In this document: positions 39,001-54,097 of the stretch, piece after piece
Numbering within the stretch: position 1 is the stretch's first letter
Layout: every line of letters starts with the position of its first letter
Assembly: GCA_963796055.1 (NCBI GenBank)
Contig: CAWCKH010000004.1
Location: 2,528,001-2,592,000, forward strand
Reading direction: 5' to 3'
Length of the DNA stretch: 64,000 bases
Origin: an uncultured delta proteobacterium
Lineage (GTDB): Bacteria; Myxococcota; Myxococcia; Myxococcales; Myxococcaceae
The notes under the pieces: model-generated
Databases searched by the model: none
Told to the model about the DNA's origin: nothing
The model's input: the letters and a program-made list of their open reading frames with translations, nothing else
Position numbers and translations under genes: made by a program

Positions 39001-39507
39001 ATGGCCGAGAGCACCCACCGACAGGACGTCGTGTCCCGCGCCGAGGCGCTGGTGGAGCCCATCGTCGGCGCGGAGGGCTTCGAGCTGGTCGAGCTGGAGT
39101 ACGTGCGCGAACCGGCGGGCTGGGTGCTGCGGCTGTTCATCGATCGCCCGGGGCGTGACCCGATGTCGAAGCAGGGCGGGGTCGGGCTCGACGAGTGCGC
39201 GCAGGTCTCGCACGCGGTGGAGACCGCGCTGGAGGTGGAGGACCTCGTCCCCCACGCCTACGCGCTCGAGGTCAGCAGCCCCGGCATCAACCGGCCTCTG
39301 CGGCGGCCGGAACACTTCGCGAACGTGGTGGGGAAGCGGGTCAAGGTGAAGACCTACGGACCCGTGGGACAGCCGCCGCGAAGGAGCTTTTCTGGTGTCC
39401 TGCTCCAGTCGAGCAGCTCCGACATCACCGTGCAGGTCGAGGGCGGCGGGGACTTTCACATCCCCCTCCGCGACATCGCCAAGGCGAACCTCGACTTCGA
39501 GTTCTGA
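39001..39507 (+). CDS. rimP: Ribosome maturation factor
   Basis: LRLFID, LDEC..VS, YALEVSSPGINRPL. Confidence 0.95.
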   Translation: MAESTHRQDVVSRAEALVEPIVGAEGFELVELEYVREPAGWVLRLFIDRPGRDPMSKQGGVGLDECAQVSHAVETALEVEDLVPHAYALEVSSPGINRPLRRPEHFANVVGKRVKVKTYGPVGQPPRRSFSGVLLQSSSSDITVQVEGGGDFHIPLRDIAKANLDFEF

Positions 39508-39537
39508 CAGACATCCCGAGGAACCGGAACGAACCCC

Positions 39538-41223
39538 ATGGCGACGCCCAGCACTCCGTCCGTCAATCTCAACCTGGTCCTGGAGCAGGTGGCCAAGGAC
39601 AAGGGCATCGACAAGAGCGTGCTCGTCGCGACCCTCGAGGACGCGATGCAGACCGCCGCCAAGAAGCACTTCGGCCAGGACCGGAACCTCGAGGCCAAGT
39701 ACGACACCGACAAGGGCGTGGTGGAGCTCTTCCAGGCGGTGACGGTGGTCGAGGCGATCACCGACCCGATCCAGGCGGTGAACCAGCTCACGCTGGACGA
39801 GGCGCGGAAGAAGGGGATGGAGGTCGAGCCCGGTGACGAGCTGGTCTTCCAGATCTTCTACCGGGACGAGGACGCCGCCGAGGCCAAGGCCCAGGACGAC
39901 CAGTACGGCGACATCCTGAAGCTCAGGACCTTCCGGCACGGCTTCGGACGCATCGCCGCCCAGACCGCCAAGCAGGTCATTCTCCAGCGGACCCGCGATG
40001 CCGAGCGGGAGAACGTCTACAACGAGTACAAGGACCGCAAGAACGAGATCGTCACCGGCATCGCCCGGCGGTTCGAGCGGGGGAACATCATCGTCGACCT
40101 GGGGCGGGCCGAGGCGGTGCTCCCGGTGCGCGAGCAGGTGCCGCGGGAGACGTACCGCGCGGGGGACCGGGTCCAGGCCTACGTGCTCGACGTGCTGCGG
40201 GAGTCGAAGGGCCCGCAGATCATCCTCTCCCGGGCGAGCGTGAACCTCCTCACCAAGCTGTTCGAGATGGAGGTCCCGGAGATCGCCGAGGGCATCGTGG
40301 TCATCGAGGCCGCGGCGCGCGAACCGGGCGGCCGGGCGAAGATCGCCGTCAGCAGCCGGGACCCGGACGTGGACCCGGTCGGTGCCTGCGTGGGCATGAA
40401 GGGCAGCCGGGTCCAGGCGGTGGTCCAGGAGCTCCGCGGCGAGAAGATCGACATCGTGCCCTGGGACGAGGACCCGGCCCGCTTCGTCTGCGCGGCCCTC
40501 GCCCCGGCCGAGGTGGCCCGGGTCATCATCGACGAGGCCAACCATGCCATGGAGCTCATCGTCCCCGACGACCAGCTGTCGCTGGCCATCGGCCGCCGCG
40601 GGCAGAACGTGCGTCTGGCGGCCCAGCTCACCGGGTGGAAGCTGGACATCAACAGCGAGACCCGGGTCCGCGAGATGCGGGAGTTCGCCAACCGCTCTCT
40701 CGGCGCGCTTCCCGGGGTGACCGAGATGCTGGTGGAGACGCTGTACGCCCACGGCTTCCGCCAGTCGCGCGACGTGGCCGAGGCCTCCCCGGAGGTGCTG
40801 GCGCAGATCCCCGGCCTCGACCCGGCGCGCATCCCGGCGATGCAGGAGCAGGCCAAGAAGCAGATGGTGGACGACGAGATCGAGCTCCGCCGCCTGGAGA
40901 TGGAGCGCGAGCAGGCGCGGGCCATCGAGGCCCGCCGCCACCCGGACGAGCTGTCGCCGGCCGAGCGGATGATGCGCGTCCGGGGGATGAGCGAGAAGAC
41001 GGTCGAGGCGCTCGCCCTCTCGGGCTACAAGACGCCGGAGGAGCTGGCCAAGGAGACCGACATCACAAAGCTCGGGGACGTCCCGGGGGTGGGCATCAAG
41101 AAGGCCCGGCAGATCAAGAGCGCCGCCGAGAGCTATCTGTTAGAGGAAGCAAAGTTGCGCGCGGAGCTCGATGCCGAGCGTGCGGCGATGGGCGCCGCCA
41201 CCCCAGAGCCGGGGGCCGCCTGA
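39538..41223 (+). CDS. nusA: Transcription termination/antitermination factor
   Basis: [14 protein letters not shown]1 and KH domains, [25 protein letters not shown]-terminal HhH repeats. Confidence 0.98.
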   Translation: MATPSTPSVNLNLVLEQVAKDKGIDKSVLVATLEDAMQTAAKKHFGQDRNLEAKYDTDKGVVELFQAVTVVEAITDPIQAVNQLTLDEARKKGMEVEPGDELVFQIFYRDEDAAEAKAQDDQYGDILKLRTFRHGFGRIAAQTAKQVILQRTRDAERENVYNEYKDRKNEIVTGIARRFERGNIIVDLGRAEAVLPVREQVPRETYRAGDRVQAYVLDVLRESKGPQIILSRASVNLLTKLFEMEVPEIAEGIVVIEAAAREPGGRAKIAVSSRDPDVDPVGACVGMKGSRVQAVVQELRGEKIDIVPWDEDPARFVCAALAPAEVARVIIDEANHAMELIVPDDQLSLAIGRRGQNVRLAAQLTGWKLDINSETRVREMREFANRSLGALPGVTEMLVETLYAHGFRQSRDVAEASPEVLAQIPGLDPARIPAMQEQAKKQMVDDEIELRRLEMEREQARAIEARRHPDELSPAERMMRVRGMSEKTVEALALSGYKTPEELAKETDITKLGDVPGVGIKKARQIKSAAESYLLEEAKLRAELDAERAAMGAATPEPGAA

Positions 41224-41521
41224 TGGTCCTCTTCCCGCCAGCCGAGGAGGCGAAAGCGCCCTGAGCAGGGAGCCCGGACGAACGTGCATCGGGTGCGGGA
41301 CCAGGCGTCCCCAGCGTGAATTGAGGCGGCTCTGCCTGTCGAGCGAGGGCGAGCTCTTGTGGGACCGAGACCGACGAGCGCCAGGACGGGGCGCTTACCT
41401 CTGCGGGGCAGGCTGTCTGACCGCGGCGGTGAAGCGGAAGTCGCTGGGGCGGGCCTTCCGGGGGCGGATGACCGGCGGGCTCGAGGCGGTGCAGCGGGAG
41501 CTGATCGCCTCCGAGGGTTAA
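41223..41521 (+). CDS. ylxR: YlxR/DUF448 RNA-binding protein (ATG 41223 with one C missing near 41260, or CTG start at 41261)
   Basis: RTCIGC, ELRRL, GRGAYLC, RAFR; canonical position between nusA and infB. Confidence 0.85.
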
Positions 41522-41572
41522 GTCCCGGGCGCAGGTGGAGTAGAAGGCAGTCGCTGTTTCGAAGGGGTCTGG

Positions 41573-44575
<3,003 letters not shown>

Positions 44576-44613
44576 GGCCGGGCTGCCCCTCGAACCCGAG
44601 GGGAGGTGCAGCC

Positions 44614-45135
44614 ATGTTCGTCGGCGTCGCACGCCTCACTCTGCAGATCGCGGACTCCGGCTCGCTGAAGTCGAAGCGGCAGGTGCTCCGACGGATCACC
44701 GATCGGCTCAAGGCCCGCTTCAACGTCTCGGTCGCCGAGGTGGAGGACCAGGACCTCTGGCAGCGGGCCACCATCGCCCTGGCGGTGGTGAGCGCGGACC
44801 GCCGGCACGTGGACGAGCAGGTGCAGAAGATGATCCACTTCGTCGAGGAGATGTACGTCGCTCCCCTGGTGAGCCGCGAGCTGGAGATCCTCGCCTTCGG
44901 CGACCAGCTCTTCGGCGGCAATAGCCCCCCGGATGACGGGAGCACGCTGGAGCTGCCCTTCGCCCGGGAGGATCGGAGCCTTGCCGAGGCCGAGGGCATG
45001 GCCGAGTGGGACCGGCGGCCCGGAGCGCTGGTCCAGGGCCGTCCGGGCTCACGGGGCGGAGGAGACCTCTCCCTGACCGAGGCCCGTGCCCGGGCCCGCA
45101 AGCTGCGCAACAAGCGCGACTGGGAAAAGACATGA
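44614..45135 (+). CDS. DUF503 (YlxP) protein with C-terminal extension
   Basis: [24 protein letters not shown]. Confidence 0.88.
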   Translation: MFVGVARLTLQIADSGSLKSKRQVLRRITDRLKARFNVSVAEVEDQDLWQRATIALAVVSADRRHVDEQVQKMIHFVEEMYVAPLVSRELEILAFGDQLFGGNSPPDDGSTLELPFAREDRSLAEAEGMAEWDRRPGALVQGRPGSRGGGDLSLTEARARARKLRNKRDWEKT

Positions 45136-45491
45136 GCGTTCCCGGACGCCCCGAGCGGGTGGGGGCGGAGATCCAGGCCGCGGTGGGTGAGCTACTCAGC
45201 CGTGGAGACCTGCGCGACCCCCGCATTGGCTACATCACCATCACCGGGGTGAAGATGAGCCCCGACCTCCAGGTGGCCCGGGTCTACTGGTCGTCGCTCG
45301 GGACGGAAGCCGAGCGCACCGAGACCCAGGCCGGGCTGGACGCGGCCAAGGGCTTCGTTCGCCGCGAGGTGACCGCCCGGGTCAAGCTCCGCGTCTCGCC
45401 GGAGGTCTTCTTCGTTTTCGACAAAAGCGTGGGGGAAGGAGACAAGATCGACCGTCTCCTCCGGGAAGTGAAGACGAAAGAGGGATGGTGA
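45132..45491 (+). CDS. rbfA: Ribosome-binding factor A
   Basis: [29 protein letters not shown]. Confidence 0.95.
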   Translation: MSVPGRPERVGAEIQAAVGELLSRGDLRDPRIGYITITGVKMSPDLQVARVYWSSLGTEAERTETQAGLDAAKGFVRREVTARVKLRVSPEVFFVFDKSVGEGDKIDRLLREVKTKEGW

Positions 45492-45540
45492 GCCCCGGCT
45501 GGAGCGTTACACTCATGCTCTGGGGTTTGCCCCCTCCTGC

Positions 45541-46434
45541 ATGCACGGCGTTCTGGTCATCGACAAGCCGCAAGGCCCCACGTCCTTCGAGGTCGTGCGC
45601 CGGGTCCGTTCGGCGCTCGGCCTGAAGCGGGCCGGGCACACCGGGACGCTGGATCCGATGGCCACCGGCGTCCTCCCGGTCTGCCTCGGCGAGGCCACCA
45701 AGCTGGCGGGCCTGCTGACCGAGGGCGACAAGGCCTACGACGCGGTGGTGCGTCTCGGGGTGGTGACCGATACTCAGGACGTCACCGGCACCGTGGTGGA
45801 GACCCATCCGGTCCCGCCCCTGTCCACCGAGCTGCTCGAGGCGGCGCTCGAGAAGTTCCGTGGCACCTTCTCGCAGGTGCCGCCGATGTACTCGGCGGTG
45901 AAGGTGAAGGGGAAGCGGCTCTACGAGCGCGCGCGGGCCGGTGAGTCCGTCGAGCGCACGCCGCGGCGGGTGACGGTGTACGCGCTGGTGCTCCGCGACT
46001 TCTCGGCCTCGGAGTGCACGCTCTCGGTCCGTTGCTCGAAGGGGTTCTTCGTGCGCACCCTGGCCGAGGAGCTCGGGCGCGCGCTGGGGTGCGGCGGCAC
46101 GCTGAAGAGCCTCCGGCGGACGGCGAGCGGGCCCTTCGCCCTCGACCGGTCGCTGCCTCTCTCGCAGGTGGAGGCGCTCGGCGTCGCCGGTCCGGGGGGC
46201 CGCGCCCAGCTCGAGGCCCGCATCATCCCCATGGCCGACGCGCTGCCGGAGTTCCCGGTGGTCCGTGTCTCCGAGAGCGACGTCAGCCGGGTGGTGCACG
46301 GCGTTCCACTGGTGCTCGAGCCGTCGGTGCCCGCAGGACGGGTCCGGGTGCTCGGGCCCGATGGTGCGCTGCTCGCCGTGGGCGAGGTCCACGAGGGTCG
46401 GCTCGGCTACGTCCGGGTGGTGGCCCCCCGGTGA
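45541..46434 (+). CDS. truB: tRNA pseudouridine-55 synthase
   Basis: DKP.G.TS, GHTGTLDPMATG, PPMYSAVK, CSKG. Confidence 0.96.
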   Translation: MHGVLVIDKPQGPTSFEVVRRVRSALGLKRAGHTGTLDPMATGVLPVCLGEATKLAGLLTEGDKAYDAVVRLGVVTDTQDVTGTVVETHPVPPLSTELLEAALEKFRGTFSQVPPMYSAVKVKGKRLYERARAGESVERTPRRVTVYALVLRDFSASECTLSVRCSKGFFVRTLAEELGRALGCGGTLKSLRRTASGPFALDRSLPLSQVEALGVAGPGGRAQLEARIIPMADALPEFPVVRVSESDVSRVVHGVPLVLEPSVPAGRVRVLGPDGALLAVGEVHEGRLGYVRVVAPR

Positions 46435-46718
46435 ACGTCACTGTCCTCGTCCCCTTGACGCTCCGCTCGGCGGTGGACGGCAAGCAGAAGCTCGACCTCG
46501 GGGTGCCGGCCGGCGCCGGAGTGGGCGAGGTGCTCCAGACCTTGCTCACTCTCTACCCGAAGCTGCGCTCGGCGATGGCCAGCGAGACCCGTCCCCGCCG
46601 GCAGCAGCTGACGGTGGTGTTCGAGCCTCGCCCGCTGCTCCGCGGTTCACGTGACGGGGTGCGGGTGTGGCTGTTCGCCGCCCCTGGCTCGGCGGAGCCG
46701 GTGGGTGCAGGGCGGTAG
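46431..46718 (+). CDS. Small hypothetical protein, possibly MoaD/ThiS-like fold (no C-terminal GG)
   Basis: GTGA overlap with truB; VTVLVP..LR...G ... VGEVL..L...YPKL. Confidence 0.55.
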   Translation: MNVTVLVPLTLRSAVDGKQKLDLGVPAGAGVGEVLQTLLTLYPKLRSAMASETRPRRQQLTVVFEPRPLLRGSRDGVRVWLFAAPGSAEPVGAGR

Positions 46719-46781
46719 GTCCCCTCAGAACGACGACAGACGGACGGATTCCCTCCGGTTTTCGCCAGGCGTTCCGCGCGA

Positions 46782-46810
46782 TTGCAATCCCGCGTCGGGG
46801 GGCCTATAAG
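46782..46810 (+). promoter_or_regulatory. sigma70-type promoter of rpsO
   Basis: TTGCAA-N17-TATAAG. Confidence 0.7.
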
Positions 46811-46918
46811 CCCGCGACCCCCGGGTCCGGCGCCTGCACCCCTCCGCGGACGTCCGACAACGGCCCTCGGGGGCGATTCCAGGACCATCCTCAGGAGCGG
46901 GACGGAGCTTCACCGATC

Positions 46919-47188
46919 ATGGCAGTTCTCAGCGAGCGCAAGGCGGCTGTCGTCCAGCAGTACCGCACCCACGAGACCGACACCGGCTCTCCCGAGGTGC
47001 AGGTGGCGCTGCTCTCCGAGCGCATCAACATGCTCACCGAGCACTTCAAGACGCACAAGAAGGACTTCCACAGCCGGCGGGGGCTGCTGAAGCTCGTCGG
47101 CCAGCGTCGCCGGCTGCTCGACTACCTCAAGACCAAGGACAACGCGCGGTACCGGAAGCTCATCGAGGGCCTGGGCATCCGGAAGTAG
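46919..47188 (+). CDS. rpsO: 30S ribosomal protein S15
   Basis: [34 protein letters not shown]. Confidence 0.98.
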   Translation: MAVLSERKAAVVQQYRTHETDTGSPEVQVALLSERINMLTEHFKTHKKDFHSRRGLLKLVGQRRRLLDYLKTKDNARYRKLIEGLGIRK

Positions 47189-47257
47189 CAATGGCTGTTT
47201 GACAGACTCTGCGCCGGCGCTGCACGGAGCGCCGGTGCCTCCCGTCCCCACGCGGAG

Positions 47258-47337
47258 AGGAGTTTCCGGTTTCCGTTCGGAGCCGCCGACGACAGTTCCG
47301 GAGGGTCGGCGGCTGCGGTCAGAGACTGAAAGTTCCT
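47258..47337 (+). promoter_or_regulatory. Long imperfect stem-loop in the pnp leader
   Basis: aggagtttccggtttc pairs with gagactgaaagttcct, enclosing gccgccgac/gtcggcggc. Confidence 0.55.
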
Positions 47338-47405
47338 TTGCCGCCAGGGCGCCGGGGCCAACCCACGCCACATCGGCCCGTGCCCGAGAGCAAGGAACGA
47401 GTCAC

Positions 47406-49562
47406 ATGCATCTGAAGAAGAGCGTCCGCGTCGGCGAGCAGGAGCTGGTTCTCGAGACCGGGAAGCTGGCCAAGCAGGCCGACGGATCGGTCACGGTGCG
47501 CTACGGCGACACCATCATCCTGGTCACCGCGGTCAGCGCGAAGGAGAAGAAGGACGTCGACTTCCTCCCCCTCACGGTCGAGTACCAGGAGAAGCTGTAC
47601 TCCGCCGGCCGGATCCCCGGGAGCTACTTCCGGCGCGAGGGCCGGCTGACCGAGAAGGAGACGCTGACCTCCCGTCTGGTGGACAGAAGCTGCCGCCCGC
47701 TGTTCCCCGAGGGCTACGCCTACGAGACCCAGGTCATCGCCTCGGTCATCTCCTCCGACTCGGAGAACGAGGGCGACGTGCACGGCATCACCGGCGCCTC
47801 GGCGGCGCTGATGGTCTCCGACATCCCCTTTAACGGTCCCATCGCCGGCATCCGGGTGGGCCGCGTGGGTGGGCAGCTCATCGCCAACCCCAGCGCCAAG
47901 CAGCGCGAGCAGTCGGACCTGGATCTGGTCATGGCGTGCAGCAAGGACGCCATCGTCATGGTCGAGGGCGGGGCGAGCGAGGTCTCCGAGGCGGACATGG
48001 TGGCCGCCCTCGAGTTCGGCAAGGCCGCGGTGGCCCCGGTGCTCGAGCTTCAGGAATCGATGCGCCGCGAGCTGGGGGTGGCGGTCCGCGTGTACGACAA
48101 GGCCCCTGCCGCCGACGAGGCGCTCCGGGAGAAGGTCCGCGCGCTGGCGATGCCGGGCATCGCCTCCGGCTACGGCATCCACGAGAAGCACGACCGCTAC
48201 TTCGCGCTCTCGACGGTGAAGAAGGAGGTCATCGCCCGGCTCAAGGAGTCGATGGGCGAGTCCTTCACCCCGCAGACCGAGAAGCTGGCCAAGGCGGTGG
48301 TCGAGGACCTCAAGTACGAGCACATGCGTGAGCTCACCGTGAACGGTGGGCGTATCGGCGGCCGTCCGCACGACGTGGTCCGCCCCATCACCAGCGAGGT
48401 GGGGCTGCTCCCGCGCGTCCACGGCTCGGCGCTCTTCACCCGCGGCGAGACCCAGGCCCTGGTCGCGGTCACCCTCGGTACCAGCGAGGACGAGCAGCGG
48501 CTCGAGCTGCTCTCGGGCATGACCTTCAAGCGGTTCATGCTCCACTACAACTTCCCGCCGTTCAGCGTGGGCGAGACCAAGCCGCTCCGCGGCCCGGGCC
48601 GCCGGGAGATCGGCCACGGCGCGCTCGCCGAGCGGGCGCTCCGCGGGATGCTGCCCAGGTCCGAGGACTTCCCCTACACCGTGCGGATCGTCTCCGACAT
48701 CCTGGAGTCCAACGGTTCGAGCTCGATGGCATCGGTGTGCGGCGGCACCCTGAGCCTCATGGACGCCGGCGTGCCGATCAAGGCGCCGGTGGCCGGCATC
48801 GCCATGGGCCTGGTGAAGGAGGGGGAGAAGATCGCCATCCTCTCCGACATCCTGGGTGACGAGGACCACCTCGGGGACATGGACTTCAAGGTCTGTGGCA
48901 CCAAGAACGGCATCACCAGCATCCAGATGGACATCAAGATCACCGGCCTCACCACCGAGATCATGTCCCGGGCGCTGGAGCAGGCCCGCCGCGGCCGGCT
49001 GCACATCCTGGGGGAGATGCTGAAGGCCCTGGACGCGCCCCGCAAGGAGATCAGCCGCTACGCGCCGCGCATCACCACCATCATGATCCGGCCGGAGTTC
49101 ATCAAGAACGTCATCGGGCCGGGCGGCAAGGTGATCAAGGACATCATCGCCCGCACCGGGGCCTCCATCAACATCGAGGACTCGGGCCGGGTGGACATCG
49201 CCTCCAACAACTCCGAGGCGGTGCAGCAGGCCATCACCATGATCCAGGCGCTCACCCGCGAGGCCGAGGTGGGGAAAATCTACCTGGGCACGGTGCGGAA
49301 GATCGCCGAGTTCGGGGCCTTCGTGGAGCTGTTCCCGGGAACCGACGGGCTGATCCACATCTCCGAGCTCTCGGACAAGCGGGTGAAGAGCGTCTCCGAC
49401 GTCCTCAAGGAGGGCGACGAGGTGATGGTGAAGGTCATCTCCATCGACCGGAGCGGGAAGATTCGCCTCTCGCGCAAGGAGGCGCTCGCCGAGCGGGCCG
49501 GGACCCAGGTCCCTCCGGCCCAGGGGACGTCCGCGGACGAGGCGCCCAAGGCGAAGGCCTGA
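47406..49562 (+). CDS. pnp: Polyribonucleotide nucleotidyltransferase
   Basis: [44 protein letters not shown] and S1 domains. Confidence 0.98.
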   Translation: MHLKKSVRVGEQELVLETGKLAKQADGSVTVRYGDTIILVTAVSAKEKKDVDFLPLTVEYQEKLYSAGRIPGSYFRREGRLTEKETLTSRLVDRSCRPLFPEGYAYETQVIASVISSDSENEGDVHGITGASAALMVSDIPFNGPIAGIRVGRVGGQLIANPSAKQREQSDLDLVMACSKDAIVMVEGGASEVSEADMVAALEFGKAAVAPVLELQESMRRELGVAVRVYDKAPAADEALREKVRALAMPGIASGYGIHEKHDRYFALSTVKKEVIARLKESMGESFTPQTEKLAKAVVEDLKYEHMRELTVNGGRIGGRPHDVVRPITSEVGLLPRVHGSALFTRGETQALVAVTLGTSEDEQRLELLSGMTFKRFMLHYNFPPFSVGETKPLRGPGRREIGHGALAERALRGMLPRSEDFPYTVRIVSDILESNGSSSMASVCGGTLSLMDAGVPIKAPVAGIAMGLVKEGEKIAILSDILGDEDHLGDMDFKVCGTKNGITSIQMDIKITGLTTEIMSRALEQARRGRLHILGEMLKALDAPRKEISRYAPRITTIMIRPEFIKNVIGPGGKVIKDIIARTGASINIEDSGRVDIASNNSEAVQQAITMIQALTREAEVGKIYLGTVRKIAEFGAFVELFPGTDGLIHISELSDKRVKSVSDVLKEGDEVMVKVISIDRSGKIRLSRKEALAERAGTQVPPAQGTSADEAPKAKA

Positions 49563-49656
49563 TCGCCGAAACCACCCTGGTTGATCGGTCCTTGTATCCT
49601 CTCGGCCGGCCAGGGTGGTCTCGGCTATGACACCTCTCGACGTCAGGAGGTGAGGC

Positions 49657-50109
49657 GTGACCACGATGCGGATCCAGGTGCGGCGGGTGCGGTCCCACGC
49701 GACCCCGCTGCCCCTTCCCCGGTACCAGACCGAGGGAGCGGCCGGACTCGACCTCTGCGCCGACATCGACGGCGAGTGGACCCTCGCGCCGCTCGCCCGT
49801 CGCGCCGTTCCCAGCGGCATCGCCATCGCCCTGCCCGGGGGATTCGAGGGCCAGGTACGTCCGAGATCGGGGCTGGCTCTCCGACATGGGATCACCTGCG
49901 TCAACGCGCCCGGCACCATCGATTCCGACTACAGGGGTGAGATCCAGGTCCTGCTGGTGAACCTCTCCAGCGAGCCGTTCACGCTTCGCCGCGGAGAGCG
50001 CATCGCGCAACTCGTGGTCGCGCCGGTGGTTCGTGCCCAGCTGGAGGAGGTGGACACACTTCCCACCTCCGTCCGCGGCGAGGGCGGCTTCGGAAGCACC
50101 GGACGCTGA
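49657..50109 (+). CDS. dut: dUTP diphosphatase
   Basis: [37 protein letters not shown]. Confidence 0.97.
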   Translation: MTTMRIQVRRVRSHATPLPLPRYQTEGAAGLDLCADIDGEWTLAPLARRAVPSGIAIALPGGFEGQVRPRSGLALRHGITCVNAPGTIDSDYRGEIQVLLVNLSSEPFTLRRGERIAQLVVAPVVRAQLEEVDTLPTSVRGEGGFGSTGR

Positions 50110-50196
50110 GCAGCCACGCGCTTCGGCGCTGCAGCGCTGCCTGGTACACTCCTCCGCGCTCGTTTCTCCCGCCTGGTCTCGTAGGAGCCCGCGCAC

Positions 50197-52701
50197 TTGC
50201 TCTGCTATCGCTGCGGCAGCCACGTTCCCGACTCGGCCGAACGCTGCAACACCTGTGGCCAGCGCCAGGTGGGCACGGCGCGCATGCCGAGCACCACCGC
50301 CATCCGCCGCCGCCTCTCGCCGACGCTGCTCGCGGGCGCGCCGTACCGCGTCGGCGATCGGATGGGCGAGCGCTACGTGGTGAAGGATGCGATCGGCATC
50401 GGCCCGCTCGGCTACGTCTTCCGTGCCAGCGACGAGAAGCAGGGCATCGACGTCGCGGTGAAGATGATCCATCCCCGCTTCGTGCAGACCGCCGAGGAGC
50501 GCGAGGCGTTCGCCCGGGCCGTGGAGCCGGCGCGCAGGTTCATGCAGCCGTCGCTGGCGCGGGTGCACGACCTGGGCGTGGACCAGGGCTGGCCATACGT
50601 CAGCTACAGCTTCCTCGACGGGCTCACCCTGCGGCGGATGATCGACTCGCGGCTGGCGAAGGGGCAGACCTTCACCCTCGAGGAGGTCGAGCCGTTCCTC
50701 GGGCAGCTCGCCGCGGCGCTCGAGGCCGCGCACCCGCTGGGCGCGCACGCCGACCTCAAGCCGGAGAACGTGGTCATCCTCCCGGACATGCTCCGGGTGG
50801 TGGACTGGGGTCTGGCGCGGGGCCTGCCACGGCTCCCGTTCGTCCAGGCGCAGAAGCAGAAATCCGCCCACCGCTACCTCGCGCCCGAGATGGTGGCCGG
50901 CGCCGAGCCGGACCCGCGGGCGGACCTCTACGCCCTCGGCGTGCTGGTGGGAGAGATGCTCACCGGCCTCACCCCGGACGAGGACATCCCCGAGCTCCGG
51001 CTCACCGCCCCCGAGCTACCCGAGGCGGTGGAGGGCTTCTACCGCAAGGCGCTGAACGAGCGCCCCGAGGCCCGCTTCCGCAGCGTCCGCGAGCTGTACG
51101 AGGAGTTCGTCACACTGCTCGCCCCCGGGGCCGGGTCGCTGGCGGTGCTTGCCAGCCGTCCGGGCGCCGAGGCCGTCGCGACACCGGCCGTGGAGTCCGC
51201 GCCGGCCGTCGCGCCGTCGGCGGAGGCGACTGCCGGGGCCGCGGCCGAGGACCAGGCCGTCGAGGCGCTGGTGGAGGACCTCGAGCCCATCGCCGACTCC
51301 CACGAGCCCATTGCCGCGCAGCCCGGGGCGCCGTCTGCCAGAGCCGAGCCCATCGCCGCCGCGGCTCTGCCCCGGTTCGAGGGGCAAGCCTGGGAAGGCC
51401 CGAGGCACACCCGCGAGGTGGTGGCGCTCGAGCCGCCCGAGTGGACGGGCGCCTCCAGCCCGGCGCCGCAACCGCCGGCCGACCGGTCCGGCTCGGATCG
51501 CTGGCGCTCGCTCAAGCTCTGGGATGCCGAGTCCGACCCGCAGGAGCACCCCCCCGCGCTGGCCGAGCCCGCGCCACCGCCCGGACCTGCCGTCGCGGCC
51601 GAGGCCACCGGACCCGAGCTTCCGCTGAACACCGAGCCGGCCCTCGCCTTGCTGGGCAGCGCTCCGCCGCCGCCCGCGGACGCGCTGGAGCCGTCCGAGG
51701 ACGAGGCCGAGCGGGCCGTGGCCGGCCTGACCGAGGTGGAGGAGGCATCCGAGCTGGTGGCCGAGGAGGGTGGTGACGAGCCGCTCCTGGCCGAGGCGCT
51801 CGGTGTCGACCTGGTGGTGGACGGCGACGAGCCGGTGCCGGAACGCACCGCGTCCGGCGGACAGCCGTCCGGACTGGTACCCATGCCCGAGCAGCCGGCC
51901 CCGTCACCCGCCGCGCCGGCCGTTCGTGAGGTGCCCCGGCTCGTTCCCGACTCACGGTCCTGGGCCACCGAGCCGAAGCCCGCTCCCTACCGCCGCGAGA
52001 CGCGCGAGACGCCGGTCCTCCATCCCCGTCCGGCGCCCACGGCCGCCCCGGCCGCCTCGCTGGCGGATGCACCGGCGGTCGCGGCGCGGAGCGTGCTGCC
52101 CCCGCCGCCCAGCATCCCACCACTGCTCTCCACCGTGGCGCGGCTGTCGCCGGTGGGGCAGGTCGCTGCCACCTCCGCTGCACCGACGCCCATCTCGGTC
52201 GTCCCCGAGCCGGCGCCCACGCGCCAGGAGAAGGTGGTGGCGCCCCCGCCACCGTTGGAGGCCCTCGGTCCGGCGCAGGTCTCCGTCCCGGCACGCAGCG
52301 CAGGGAGCTGGAGCCCTGCGGAGCTGCTTGCCCAGGTCATCGCCGAGGTCCAGGCCGAGGAACGCAGGGCGGGACTGCCCCGGGGGACCACCTGGGAGCC
52401 GGTGCCGCTCGACGCCACCCAGCCCATCTCCCTCGACGAGGTGGCGGTGCGGCTGGCGGCCGAGCCGGGCGGGCCGGTCACCGTCTCCGTCGCCGCGGCG
52501 AACGACGACGGCGACCTTCCGGCGCTTCGTCACGAGGCCGGCCGCGCCGGGATGCGGATGGCGCTCCTCGCCGCGGGCGGGCTGATCATCGGAATGCTGG
52601 GCGGGTGGAGCCTGATGAAGGTGCTCACCAAGCCGCCGCGACCCCAGACCGAGCGCATCTCCGAGGCGAACCCCGCGCAGGCCCCCGCGCCGAAGAACTG
52701 A
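50197..52701 (+). CDS. Zn-ribbon plus Hanks-type Ser/Thr kinase with Pro-rich linker and C-terminal TM
   Basis: CYRC...CNTC; VAVK, HADLKPEN, DWG, YLAPE, ADLYALG. Confidence 0.85.
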   Translation: MLCYRCGSHVPDSAERCNTCGQRQVGTARMPSTTAIRRRLSPTLLAGAPYRVGDRMGERYVVKDAIGIGPLGYVFRASDEKQGIDVAVKMIHPRFVQTAEEREAFARAVEPARRFMQPSLARVHDLGVDQGWPYVSYSFLDGLTLRRMIDSRLAKGQTFTLEEVEPFLGQLAAALEAAHPLGAHADLKPENVVILPDMLRVVDWGLARGLPRLPFVQAQKQKSAHRYLAPEMVAGAEPDPRADLYALGVLVGEMLTGLTPDEDIPELRLTAPELPEAVEGFYRKALNERPEARFRSVRELYEEFVTLLAPGAGSLAVLASRPGAEAVATPAVESAPAVAPSAEATAGAAAEDQAVEALVEDLEPIADSHEPIAAQPGAPSARAEPIAAAALPRFEGQAWEGPRHTREVVALEPPEWTGASSPAPQPPADRSGSDRWRSLKLWDAESDPQEHPPALAEPAPPPGPAVAAEATGPELPLNTEPALALLGSAPPPPADALEPSEDEAERAVAGLTEVEEASELVAEEGGDEPLLAEALGVDLVVDGDEPVPERTASGGQPSGLVPMPEQPAPSPAAPAVREVPRLVPDSRSWATEPKPAPYRRETRETPVLHPRPAPTAAPAASLADAPAVAARSVLPPPPSIPPLLSTVARLSPVGQVAATSAAPTPISVVPEPAPTRQEKVVAPPPPLEALGPAQVSVPARSAGSWSPAELLAQVIAEVQAEERRAGLPRGTTWEPVPLDATQPISLDEVAVRLAAEPGGPVTVSVAAANDDGDLPALRHEAGRAGMRMALLAAGGLIIGMLGGWSLMKVLTKPPRPQTERISEANPAQAPAPKN

Positions 52702-52777
52702 CGGGAACGACAGGGCGGACCGCACCCCGGCCGACGCTGGCGCGGCTGGTGCCGGGTCGGATAAAGCCTCTGAAGGA

Positions 52778-54097
<1,320 letters not shown>

